Assembly (NCBI GenBank): GCA_012295275.1
Contig: CM022670.1
Span: 1,116,001 to 1,180,000, forward strand
Source: Chrysomallon squamiferum
Taxonomy: Eukaryota > Animalia > Mollusca
Length of the DNA stretch: 64,000 nt
Direction: 5' to 3'
Position 1 is the stretch's first letter. Each line of letters begins with the position of its first letter. The notes under the pieces were generated by a model. That model searched no databases. It worked only from the letters and a program-made list of their open reading frames with translations, and was not told the origin of the DNA. Shown here piece after piece: positions 1 through 12,387 of the stretch. The translations under genes were made by a program, and so were the position numbers.

Positions 1-134
1 CTCATTAACCTGCTTGTTCTTGAGATAACCAAACACAAGTAATCCACCGAAAGGTTATTTACATGAGATGATGATTTTTTAAAAATAACTGTAATGGTTT
101 AATATGATATTATTATAGAAGAATGGTTTAGAAT

Positions 135-257
<123 letters not shown>

Positions 258-559
258 CATCTCTCCCTCTCCTATATATATGTGTGTGTGTGTGTGTGTG
301 CTTGCATGATTGTGTGTGTGTTTGTGTAAAATAACAAGATTTGAAAATATTCACCGAACTAAAATGTCCTGGTATATAATAAAACACTTAATGAATGAAT
401 AAATGCTTGTTTTGACTACACTTCAAAATATGTTAATATTATGAGCTGAAACTAAGCGTTTTGTTCACTTACAGTTTGATAAAAAGAACTGTTTTAAAAC
501 CTTATGTTATTACGTTAATGGCTGCAAGAAAAGCTTTCTGCGTTTCAGGGGATTACAGT

Positions 560-1097
560 AACATCCTGCGTAACAGTGATATTCAGGTTTATTTACATCT
601 TTTCAATCAGTAAAATCAATCGTGGACAAGAACAGTTTCATTACAGACGTTGTTCACTGTCATTAACCGAAGTCAAGGTATTCGTTGTTCATTTTAAGTT
701 TAATTTGATTGTCGTTTAGATATAATATTTAACAAATGTAATAACGAAAAAAATGTTCTAATGCCATCACGTTGTTTGTTTTTTAATATCTATATCTGAG
801 TTGGAAAATATACATCTTTGGAATATAGTTACAACAAATATATTTGGAATATATTTATACAACAAATGAAACAAAATTAAAAAAATATTAAATAAACCAA
901 TAAACAAAAAAAATGGAGCCATTTTTTTAATTTAAAAAGGATCAAAGTATAGTATGCTTCTGTCAGGCTGAGAGTGAAAGAGGAAATGTTGATGTAACAG
1001 CACACAAAGAGAAAACTGTAACATTTTGTTACACGATTCATCCAACATCAGGCACAGTCAGTTTCACCACATATTTGTGAGTATTTCAAAGAATTTG

Positions 1098-1133
<36 letters not shown>

Positions 1134-1448
1134 TTATTTTAGATTCCAACGATATAATTGGCTATTTTGTCAATGTAACATAAATGAACATCATTTTCAT
1201 ACAGCAAATTCTTCTGATTCAAGTCTCTCGGTATTTTCTTCTACTCTTTGTTTTATACAGTTTATAACGCACAATGTGATCACATTAAACAACACATTCT
1301 TTTACGCACAACTGAATATTTAAACATAAAAACAAAAACAAAAAAAACCAACAGTATCAAGGAAACTCCAGACATCTGACTGTCGCCAGAGAAAAATGTG
1401 ACACGCGGTATCAAAATACACGATTTTCTCTTAACGACGATTTTCCGT
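560..1448 (-). other. Probable 3' UTR (end uncertain)
   Basis: AU-rich sequence after the stop codon, with candidate AATAAA signals on the minus strand at about 1134-1139 and 588-593. Confidence 0.4.
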
Positions 1449-2023
1449 TCAGAAGCTTTTTTCCGAAATGTCGTCCGACTCGTGTATTTTGTCGTAGCTA
1501 GTCACCTGACTGGCACCCACCGTCCTCGTCGACGCCGTGTTTCCAGAAAACGACATCTCGTTTCGCCTGGCGTACACGTATCTGCGACGGCAACACCTGA
1601 AGGCGGACACGAAGCCTTGCCGGAAGTTCCGGTTCATGAAACAGTAAGTGATCGGGTTGCAACACGAGGACACGTAGGAAAGAAGATGGACGAAGCTTTT
1701 GGCCATCGGCGAGATTTGTTGCGTGGCGCTGTCGTTGTCGAACACAATCCACGTGGTGATGACGTAGGTGGGCGTCCAGCAGACGAAGAACTCGAGGACG
1801 ATGGCGAAGAGCATCTTGATGACGCGGCGCTTCGACGCTCGGCTCTTCTCGCTGTTCGACTGCCGCATCGCGCGGTGCATCTCGAAACGACGGAACGGCC
1901 GATTGGACGACGCCGATGACGTCACGGAATAATCTGATTCCGAAACGATGGGTCCTTTGCGTCCGTTTCCCTGCACGATTGACGAGTCGTAGTCGTTACA
2001 ACAGCCATTCTTTTGTTGTTTGT
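1449..2023 (-). CDS. CCKR: Coding exon 3 of CCK/sulfakinin-type GPCR (ICL3, TM6, TM7, C-tail)
   Basis: Acceptor TTTCTATTTTTGCAG|ACAAAC; phase 1 completes GAC (Asp). Translation includes SKRRVIKMLFAIVLEFFVCWTP (TM6 CWxP), LLSYVSSCCNPITYCFMNRNFRQGF (TM7 NPxxY and helix 8) and CC in FRCCRRR. TGA stop at 1451-1449. Confidence 0.95.
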
Positions 2024-2675
2024 CTGCAAAAATAGAAACAAAATGATAATCATCTTTCATCAGCAAAATCAGCATCAATAGCAACGGCAGCACCATCGTC
2101 ACCATCAACAATAATAATGATGATGACAGCAATCATTACGATGATGATAATAACTGTTGTAATCATAATAATGATAAAGAAACCCTTTTCTTAAAATGTT
2201 AATTATTGATTTACGGTATAAATCGGTAAATATGATCATAGTCTTCATTCACCAATAAAAACTGAACTTTATGATACAGGACTGAATGCAAAGGACCGCA
2301 TACTTTGTTTAAACTGTCGTAAACTGCAACAGCACTCTTAACAAAATGACATTGTAAACATCCTTCAGAGCCACAGACTTACAGCATCCAGTTCACTGAC
2401 CGCGACTGATCTATGAGCATCATGTGGGTACACAGACGTCGTTAGTTTGACGCTAAAATTGACTTACATTAGATAATACAATTTTCGTTTCCTAAACACT
2501 GCGTGAACGAGCGAAGTGGTAAAGTGGGTTATTTCTGTATAGCAAAAACTGCAAGAAGTCTAAGAAGGCAGAAGTTTCTGGTGGTGGAGTTTATGAAAAG
2601 AGAGAGAGGGGATTAGAGGAAGAGAGATACGGATGGAGGTAAAGATCTCTTCTGTGTGTTTTGTACACTGTAACA

Positions 2676-2677
<2 letters not shown>

Positions 2678-2746
<69 letters not shown>
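2678..2746. repeat. (GA)n microsatellite
   Basis: Read directly. Confidence 0.95.
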
Positions 2747-2750
<4 letters not shown>

Positions 2751-3530
2751 GGAGGAGGCAAGGAGGAGACGGAGAGAGAGAAAGAGAGAGAGTCAGTGTT
2801 AGAGAAAATGAGAGAAAATATGGGATACAAAAATAAATAGAGTAACAGAGAGGTAGATAAATAGGTTAGGTTTTCGAATGGACAGAAAGGCAGAGTGACA
2901 GACAATGAGACAGTAGAGTAAATCAAATAGAGAGAGGATTAAAAGTCAATATCTAAAAAAAAAAAAAAAATTAGAAAGTTCTAAAAGAGAAAAAATTAAT
3001 AATGAAATTTATTTCTGTGTATCTGGCTAATATGATTCTTTATTCATTTAAATGTCAGTTTTTGGGTAGCTACAACAGTATTCATGTCTGCTCATTTACC
3101 TCTAAACCTAATTAAAACTGTCGTCAAATTTGTATCTCTTCATCAAAACGTTAAATTCACAGCTTCAGTTTATTTTATTTCATATTTTTTACAATCCGTT
3201 TCAATATCCCAGTCCTGAAGACAATAATGTTGTATAAAGATATATTAGCATTTTTTACATGGATGACAGTAGGCCGAATTATGAGTAGAACATTCTAATT
3301 AACAATTTGACAGCCTACGAAGTTAACATAATGTGAAACCCTGTACAGCTATCTTGTTAACTTTCTCCATCTTCATAAAATGTTCTGTTAATAAATAAAA
3401 GCAGTTAATATAAAATGTATTTACTGATTTTGTTTAACTTAATAAATAAATAAATGAATAAATAAATAATCAAATAAATAAATAAATAAATAAATAAATA
3501 AATATGAAATATGCATTAATATAAATTAAA

Positions 3531-3532
<2 letters not shown>

Positions 3533-3613
<81 letters not shown>
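3533..3613. repeat. (CT)n microsatellite
   Basis: Read directly. Confidence 0.95.
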
Positions 3614-3618
<5 letters not shown>

Positions 3619-4649
3619 CCACCTCACAAACAAACTTCTTAGAGCAGTTTGTTAAAGAGATGAAATTCAACTGACTGTCCATCAGCAGGTTTCTCTAATG
3701 AGGTAAGTTTAACTGCAAGGCTAAGTTAATAGCTTTCTTCACATTAGTATTATTGTCAACAGTTAACATCGCTACCAATACAAATCAATTTGGTGTAAGG
3801 TAACCCATTACCGTTAGTGGATATACTTAGCGTCTCCACCAATAAAAATCAATTTGGAAGGTTGTAACCCTCAAATTAAGTGCCTCTTTGCGGAAACCAT
3901 TAAACAAATGCATGTTCGGAGCAGGTCAGAATCAAATTAGATCTGCGATTGCATTTATTGAATAAGAAGATTTGGTTTATAAGTAAAGAGTGATTCGGTG
4001 TCCGGTCAAATTGGAGGATAACTGAATTATTTGAACTGTTTATCAGACTTTCGTCATAGTTAATGTCATCTGCAAATTGTGTCTGTACACAGAGGCTTAT
4101 AACATGTTCTAGTTTATTTGTGTGAGTTCACTGAACGAATATTTGGTATGAAACCTTGACATATTCTTGCATCTAGGTTATGTGTTTCGCTTTACTACAG
4201 TGTGTGTGTTTATTGATAAAAGATTGACGTGATGACTACATGGAGGTTACTCTTTTTCTACAACAGCAAGGATCTTTTATATCCAACATTTCTTTGACAA
4301 GAAACACATAACTCGATCTTTTATAACCAAAACAAAATCCCATCACACACTGGCAGTGATCTAACCACTGGACTACTGACTGTTTTTTATTACTTGCTGT
4401 TGTAATATATGAAAAAATTAAAATACTAATTATAACTTTACTTGTCATTTTCACAACAGATTTAAAGCTCATAATAAAGAATCTAGAATTTGTGTTTTCT
4501 CACAAACTGAATATTTTATCTTCATTTCTGCTTTCATTTTTTTTTATCCTCAAATGTCCCGTTCCAACGAGAGCTCTACTGATAAATCAGAACAGTAGGA
4601 ACACAAATGTGTCAGTGTCCCGTGATTCTTAAAATCTTTTGTTAATATA

Positions 4650-4677
4650 AATAAATTAAAATATATATATATATATA

Positions 4678-4724
<47 letters not shown>

Positions 4725-4858
4725 AAAATAAAAATAAAAATAAAAATAAAAATAAAAATAAAAATAAAAATAAAAATAAAAATAAAAAAAAAAAAAATAA
4801 ATAAATAAATAAATAAAAATAAAAATAAAAATAAATATAAATAAATAAATAAATAAAA
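4650..4858. repeat. Compound (TA)n/(AAAT)n/(AAAAAT)n tract
   Basis: Read directly. Confidence 0.9.
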
Positions 4859-5890
4859 CAACCCAGAGAAGCCTATGAAATGTTGGAAACATCTTTTTCT
4901 TTGATACTAAGATATATCAAGAAATTTCTGTATAAATACAACAAATTGTTATTAAGTTTATTAGTCATTACAGCAGAACATGTAGTATATATACATATAT
5001 CTGTCAGTAAACGTGGATACTCTTATTGATAATACATATGTATCAAAAGGTGTCAAGTTTCTATTTTAATTTTATTTTTTTTTACTTCTTTTTATTGCCT
5101 ACAGCCATTTCATTGAAACCAGTAATAAATAAATTAACAAAGACTTTGATTTTGCATGTAAAACACTCCGTCGAAGGTTCTTCAGTTTCAGCTTCAAAAT
5201 TTAAACTGAGTTTGCTCTTTTGTTTGGGTATTTCAGTTAGAACAAGCTTTATTTATATTTTTTTCTTTATCGTGGTGCGACACAATAGTATTAAACAATC
5301 ATCAAAAACAAACATTCTGTTTTTCCCTTTCAACTCAGATTATATGACCAACTCAAACAAATCCTCCGAGAAACCTTTTCACATTTCTAATAACTGTCAA
5401 GTCAAAACGGATTAATATCGCCCTAACATGTTTATTTAGGATTCATTTGCTGGCGAGTATTGCGTCCAAGCAGCGAAGGCCGCTTTTAAAGACACCACAG
5501 ACGAAACCTAACGAGAGAGAGCAAAGAAAATTCGATTTGGATAAAATGAATTTTCTTACAGCACGATCACCCGTAATAGAATGAAGGTCTGTGTTTTGAA
5601 AAACATCCCGAGTTATTAAAATTAGGAGGTCACATGACTTCAGCTTTCACGTCTCAGAATAAATATAGTGCTTCCCTCGAGGCTGTTTTCTCAGTGGTTC
5701 CAATTTTAGTACTTGTAGAACCCGTTGTTGATGGAAGTCAGTTTTGGGTCAATGCGTGTTTTAGAGATGACGAGTCGTTGACGAAATGCTGGCGGTTGAA
5801 GAGGTTTTAGCTTATGTACAGAAATATGCATGTGTACATGCAAATACATGCATAGATTGAAACAGAAAAACCGCCAGAAGGAATACTTTT

Positions 5891-5893
5891 ACA

Positions 5894-5933
<40 letters not shown>

Positions 5934-6024
5934 AACATACACACACATACACATACACAAACACACACACAGACACACACACACACACATACAAACACAC
6001 ACACACACACATACACATACACAC
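5891..6024. repeat. Imperfect (CA)n; a UG-rich tract in the pre-mRNA just downstream of the exon 2 donor
   Basis: Read directly; begins about 35 nt into intron 2. Confidence 0.9.
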
Positions 6025-6057
6025 GTACTGAGACAATGAATACTGAATAAGACGTAC

Positions 6058-6429
6058 CTCTTTCTGACTGCTCATCAATCTTCATGCCCATCCACAAAGT
6101 GTAGGAGATCATCCCGTAGGCCATGGACATGATGATGACAGGCAGGATGAGCAGGATGATGTTGAGGATCATCGTGTAGGCCTTCTCCCAGTCAGCGTTG
6201 TCCCACTCTTCGCGACACATGCTGATCGCCAACCTCGGCCGCGACGTCAGTCGGTGGTAGACGGCGATGGGGATGGCAATGAAAAGACCAAAGAACCAGC
6301 AGACGGCGAGCGACTTGTACGCATGCGACAACGTCTGCCACGACCGCGAATGCAGAGGACGACAAATGGCGAAGTAGCGTTCAAGAGAGATAGCCACCAG
6401 CGTGAAGCAGCTTACTGCCACAGATACAC
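6058..6429 (-). CDS. CCKR: Coding exon 2 of CCK/sulfakinin-type GPCR (TM3 to TM5, start of ICL3)
   Basis: Acceptor TTTCTTTTCAG|GTGTATC and donor AGAG|GTACGT; 372 nt, phase 1 at both ends. Translation (G)VSVAVSCFTLVAISLERYFAICRPLHSRSWQTLSHAYK...MCREEW...LLILPVIIMSMAYGMISYTLWMG has the ERY motif and the CCK-receptor ICL2 signature AICRPLxSRxWQTxSHA. Confidence 0.95.
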
Positions 6430-6567
6430 CTGAAAAGAAACCCGAAAGACAACTTTAGTATGTATGAGTAACACTGAAAATGTGTTGATGGTCTTTAGCT
6501 TGAAGCAGGTTTCTGCTGCAGATATACCTGAAAGGAAACCCTGAAGATAACATTATTATGTATTAGT
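6403..6567. repeat. Degenerate 98-bp-period tandem duplication spanning the exon 2 acceptor
   Basis: tgaagcagcttactgccacagatacacctgaaaagaaacccgaaagacaactttagtatgtatgagt (6403) versus tgaagcaggtttctgctgcagatatacctgaaaggaaaccctgaagataacattattatgtattagt (6501). Confidence 0.8.
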
Positions 6568-6688
6568 TGTTTTATAAAATTTGGAAAGTCATCAGTATTA
6601 TTCAGCCATGTCTGCAGATATTCCTGTGAAAAATAAAAAAAAGGCAAAATAACTTTGCTACAGCAAATATTAGTACTCTAGGCTTTTA

Positions 6689-6723
<35 letters not shown>

Positions 6724-8494
6724 GAGAGTTATTATAAAATACACGCTGGAAAGAAAGTACAAACATATCTTGGATAATTTGGATGGCAACTAATTGCTAA
6801 TTATGAGGAAAGCAACAAAACAAAATAAAATTTTTAAAAATTATAAATATTTATCTTGGACATTTGGATAGCCACACTATAATAGAAACCCGAAATAATA
6901 CTTTTCAAAAGTACAACATCACTGGATACACTGACTTGTACAGTGACTGGACTGTTGAACACCCGTGTCACTGGACGCTCAGTAAACTGATCTTCACTCA
7001 TTGACTGACTGACTGATTAACTGACAGACTGATTAAGTAAAAACGACGTCATACCAACAGACTCGATAAATCCAGCTGGTGAAATTAACCAGGCGTATCC
7101 TGTCTAATTAATCAACAGGGAAAGTAAAAAAAAAAAAAAAAAAAATAGGCCAGGAATCAGTTATCTGTTATTATTAATGTATTTAGTTCACATCATCAAA
7201 AGGAGTCAATAACAGTCGACAAGAAGAAATTCCACAAATTTACTATGGTATTTATTTTATTATTCACTTATATGTGAATATCTTTATGTTATACAAACGT
7301 TCACTCAGATTTCAAGTAAAACGTACATACACACAAAATGAATATTCGTCATGAGAGAAACCACATGCATATACAAAATATATATGCATCATCTGTTCAT
7401 TGTTACTGTCATCTGTTAATAGATGACTGCAGAAAACTGAAACACTGGTTGAAGTATCATTTCATACTGTTCTGTCCTTGGAAGACATCATTAAACAAAT
7501 GACAGAGAACGTTTTTAATGAAAAGAACGCGTAACAAAAAACACTTAAAACCTCAGCGAGGTTTAGTCTGCAACACATCACGAAGTACACGTTGATTTGT
7601 CTAGTTTTACATAACCTGTGTTAGAAGTCTAACTGGCATGCGTCCAGAGTTACGCCGGAACACGAGACGTACAAAAGAGTCGTCGGCAAGGGAGAGAATT
7701 CTAAACCACCTCAAAGAAAGGCATTCTGAGATTTTAACACTTCAGGATTACATCAGTGTCACACTGTTCGGTCGATTAAAACAGGAGTTCAAGGTTTTCA
7801 GTTTGTTTTTTGTGCTTTTTAAAAAGTAAGGTAGAAGCACGCTTTGCGGGACAAATAATTCAATATACCCAAAGCCTTACCATTTTCTAATAGCATTACG
7901 CTGTCATTTCATGAGACTAAATAGTTTGAAGTAGATAATATGAAATAAAATGTTTGGTAAAAACTGCATCAAAAGTATTCCAATGATATTTATATTGTAG
8001 AAAATTTCAGAACGGACGTAAAGGAAATATTAAAAATATGGCTACGGAATAAATGGGATAGCGAACTGTCGGATATAGACTGACGTCACTTTCTGATTTG
8101 CTTCTCTGAAACGCATGGAAAGAAAACCAACACACTCCATTGCTGTTTCTGTTTTCTTTTCCCCTCTTCCCTTCAACATATGTCATCTGAGACTGGTAGA
8201 CGACAGACAGCGAAACAGACGCGCTGGCGTTGATAACAGGACGAGCTCGTTGTGCGTGTAAAGATGATGATTTGTAGATTGCAGGCTACCTGTTTATTAG
8301 TTAGTGCTGACAGGTGTAGAAACGTGTTCTGTGTGAGTTCAAGTTAAAAAAGTTGCCACTTAAATGTGGACGTTTCGGTAAAATAAGTTTGAGAGAGATT
8401 GAGCAGGTGGTGTCGGACAAGTGAAGTTGAGAAGATGAAACTTAAAAAATAGAAAAATAAATAAACATAGAGATAGAGAGAGAGGGAAATAAAG

Positions 8495-8538
8495 ATATAT
8501 ATATATATACATACATACATACATACATACATACATAC

Positions 8539-8599
<61 letters not shown>

Positions 8600-8636
8600 A
8601 AGATAGATAGATAGATAGAAAGATAGATAGATAGAT
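8495..8636. repeat. Compound (AT)n(ATAC)n(ATAG)n microsatellite
   Basis: Read directly. Confidence 0.95.
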
Positions 8637-10469
8637 GCATAGGCAGAGTAACAGAGATATGTTGATGAGATTAATAAAAGAACTAAAAGAATTATAATAA
8701 TAATAATAAATAAATAAATATACAAAATCTGACATTAAAATAAAAAAGACAAGCAAAGATCAAAGATCGTTAGAAGCTAGTATTAAATTAAAATCTTAGA
8801 AAATAAAATACTCCACTTTAGTGCAGTGATAAAAGTAATATATATTATTTTTCATTGAAAAAAAGATAAAAATAAATAAATAAAGAAAATGAAAAAATAA
8901 AAATAAATAAAACATAAAATGAATAAACATATAAAAAAGGAAATAAAAAGATACAAGTTAAATCGAATCAATCAAAAGAATAATAAAAACGAGAAGAGCG
9001 AAGCAAAATTAAACAAATACAACAGAAAATGAAGCCGAAGTCTAAATGATAACAGCACCTCAAAAACAAACAACAAATAAATAAAGAGAATTATTAACTG
9101 TGATAAAATATTATCGTAAAAAAAAAAAAAAAAGAAGAAGAAAGTAATATAAAGAAATAATATACAGACATGAACATATACACACATATGCATATACACA
9201 CAGATACGCACACACACACGCACGCATGCATGCCCACACACACACACATACACTAAAAAATCAAGCATAATCGGTATCGATATTTCCAGCGAAAAATAAA
9301 CAAAAGTCGAAGAAGGCGGCAGAACCAGATTCTGTAAGTGATCAGCGATCTTAACCTGCCTTTCACGGTGTTTAACTCTTGGCACATACAGCGACCTCTT
9401 GTTAGACAAGGGAGCTAATCAGGTCGAATAATCGCACTTGAGAGCTGCCAGAAACCTGCGCCGATTGCCATCTATCCCTCGCGAAAGGCGGCCATGATCA
9501 GTTATCTCGTTTCATTGGCGTGACAGCGCGTTTAAAAGTTTGATTAAATACTCGGTCATCTTCTTAACCACAGAATTGCCAATCAGCAATTGCTTTACTG
9601 GCCCGTATCAATCGACGTTTGCGTTTGCCGGTTGCCCCATGACTTGTACCTAGGATCACTGGGTAAATTTCGCTCGCAAACACTCGAAGCGAGCCAACCC
9701 AATTTGGTGTTTTACACAGTCCGATGTCGTGTGTGACAAGCAATTATCAGTCGTAAGACACCAAATAAAGAGGTTAATCATAAAACCGTTACGATTAACA
9801 AATCCTTATCCGGTATGGTTGTGTATCAGTAATCCAGATTTTATGATAATGATAATAACTCTTTATTCGTCGTAGATACGAATGAAAATAATAACAATGT
9901 TTATCAGATATGATTGTCTTCAAAGACTCCAGAAGGTGGTGTTTGTGTTTGTTCGTGCATGTGTATGTTATGTGTCGCTTGCTGTATCTGAATATTATGA
10001 AAAAGTAATCTTTATAACCATGATGATCTGATGATCTCTAAGACGGAAATAATAACGCCAGGATGACGTCAGTGAAAATAATGATAATCACCACGTTGAC
10101 GATGATGTTGATAATGATAATAACGATGCCGGCCATGATGCTGATGATAGAGGAAGCACGAATAATAACACTGTAATGGGTTTAGAAGAAAATTATTCAT
10201 TACCAGCACTTGTAAAAAAAGAAAAACGTAACAGGTGTGAAGGAACATTTTGACGAGCTAACGAGAGACTTCAGCGAGGTTAATTTGTTAGTCAGTTTCT
10301 AGAACACCACTCAGTGAACGGGGGCGACTTTATTAGAAAATCAGTCTCAAAATGCATTCTAATAATAGAGTAGAAACCAGAAAGATGCATTTACGATGAT
10401 TTTTTAAATATTACGTGTCTGTTAATTCAGTACTGGGCTGTGTCAGAAAAAGTCTGAAAACATCATTAA

Positions 10470-10510
<41 letters not shown>

Positions 10511-11219
10511 GAGAGAAAGAAAAATGAAGAATTTAATCTCTAATCAACCCATGTTGTAATGACGGAACAACACAAATGGAAGTTAATTACAGATATACAG
10601 AGGCAGACTGGCAGGTATAGAGCATGTACATTTATTAAAAGAGCTGGCAAACTAGTAGATTTAGTTAATTTAATAAGAAAAACGAAAACTAAAATAAAAT
10701 TAAAACAAAACTAAAATAATAATAAGAAGAAAAGAATAATAAGAAAAACAAAAACGAAAAAAAAAAATTAATAATAATGATCATGGTGATGGAGTCGATA
10801 AAGATGATGATAATAAAAAATTTGTGAAACCTTTAGGAGTAAGCTGTTATGTTTCCCCCAAAGCCACTCTTTTATACAATATTTTTGTAATTATACTTTG
10901 ATCTAACTTTACCTTGTATTTATTATTCTTATACTTTAGTACTGAAAACTCCATTCTTTATTAGAATTTTACGTTATTATTTTATTTTTATCACTAATAT
11001 TCATTACAGATTATAAGTAAAATGTTTCGTTTTTGCTGCAAATGATGCATTATTACGTGTCTGACTTACTGTATTTATTGTCTTAAGTCGCGGTATTGTA
11101 TTTATTCACTGGTGGAAGGGGTTTGAAGAATTAGCCATTCTTTACATTTGGTATCGCCTATATCCCTTCCGAGGTAGGAAGAAACAGGCAATATTCTGTT
11201 CAACGATTCAGTGACGATA

Positions 11220-11365
11220 TTTATAATCGATAATTGTATGGGCTTTATCACATGGTTAAAAAATCATCTGGATGAACAAAGAAGAAACACGCTGCTGCCA
11301 CACTAAGGATATTCTTTTTAGATTGCAGCAAATGTTCTTTTACTTGGACCTTCCTTTTCAGATGC
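11220..11365. mobile_element. Degenerate interspersed (SINE-like) repeat; related copies at about 4235-4380, 12635-12775 and 63195-63330
   Basis: Ordered motifs gaaac(a/c)cgct(g/t)ctgcc ... tt(a)gcagcaa ... cttt(t)a are shared to varying extents among the copies. Family identity is inferred, not searched. Confidence 0.45.
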
Positions 11366-12347
11366 CCTATCAAAATTACTTCGGCTAAGAATTATTTTAC
11401 TCTCCTCCGGCCAAGATAAACGAGTCTCGATGTTTTTTTTATTCCACATACAAAAACAGTCACTCACTCTCTGAATCACTGGATCATTCAGGTGAGTGAA
11501 TCTGACGAAATGATGACCAAGACAGATTTGCTTAAACTTTCGGTCTAAAAAAAAAAGAAGACATGTCAGCAGATTGTTTGAATCGTTTAGCGGTTTCCTA
11601 ACTTGTTTCCTTACAGTGTTTATTCAACATGCTTGTTTCGAGCCTTTGTCTTGTTTATTTTCTTAAAGCTATATTCAGTGCGGATTATGTCATATAATAC
11701 ATGAAGTGTTTTCCTTAAATAAAGAAAAGCATTCTCATGTAGGTGAAAAGTAACGTATCAAAATAAACATAGAAATAAGTGCTAGGAATTGAAACTTACA
11801 CCATAACTTGAACAGAAAATAAAGAAGGAGATATTTCGATCTCACCCGTACATGCTAGAAACATTTTACTGTTAAGCTTTATTTGTTTAAGCAGATCGCT
11901 TTGGGATACTGCTGGGATACCACGTCAGATCTGGCTTTCTGAGTATGCATGAGATTCGACCAAATAGCGGAAAGAACGCCTGACACATTGGTCTCACACC
12001 ACACATCGCGAAGAACCGCAATACACCGATAAGCATGCTTTTTGTTTTTCACACCTGAACGCAGTAGCGCAGGAAATAGGTGGTGCGGTTATACCATCTG
12101 GTGGAAATTACGCGGAACAAGACACCTGTGATGAAAAGTGGTAATTATTTCGAACTGTTCTTCAAAGAATGGTCTTGCGTTAAATAAAGCTGTAATCATG
12201 TCTGCCTGAACATGATACAACTCGAGAATGATGGAAACAGTTTATTTCACAAATACTGAATAAAAAATAATAAACATTTCAAGAAGAAGAGTTAATGACC
12301 ATACATTTCATTACTAAGTGTTTACTGACACTCTCAGGAATAACGCG

Positions 12348-12387
<40 letters not shown>

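Larger units (their letters stand above)
2024..6057 (-). other. Intron 2 (4,034 nt, GT-AG, phase 1, within ICL3)
   Basis: GTACGT...TTTGCAG; the frame is preserved (EQSER-D-KQQKNG). A small extra ICL3 exon cannot be excluded. Confidence 0.85.

Noticed and set aside
1398-1919. 173-aa plus-strand ORF, and the similar 26841-27230 ORF
   Set aside because: Antisense shadows of the GC3-rich GPCR exons; no independent motif or splice support.
2024-2132. Signal-peptide-like N-terminus of the 227-aa ORF
   Set aside because: Intronic trinucleotide-rich sequence upstream of the true acceptor at 2024; the ORF start is not an ATG.
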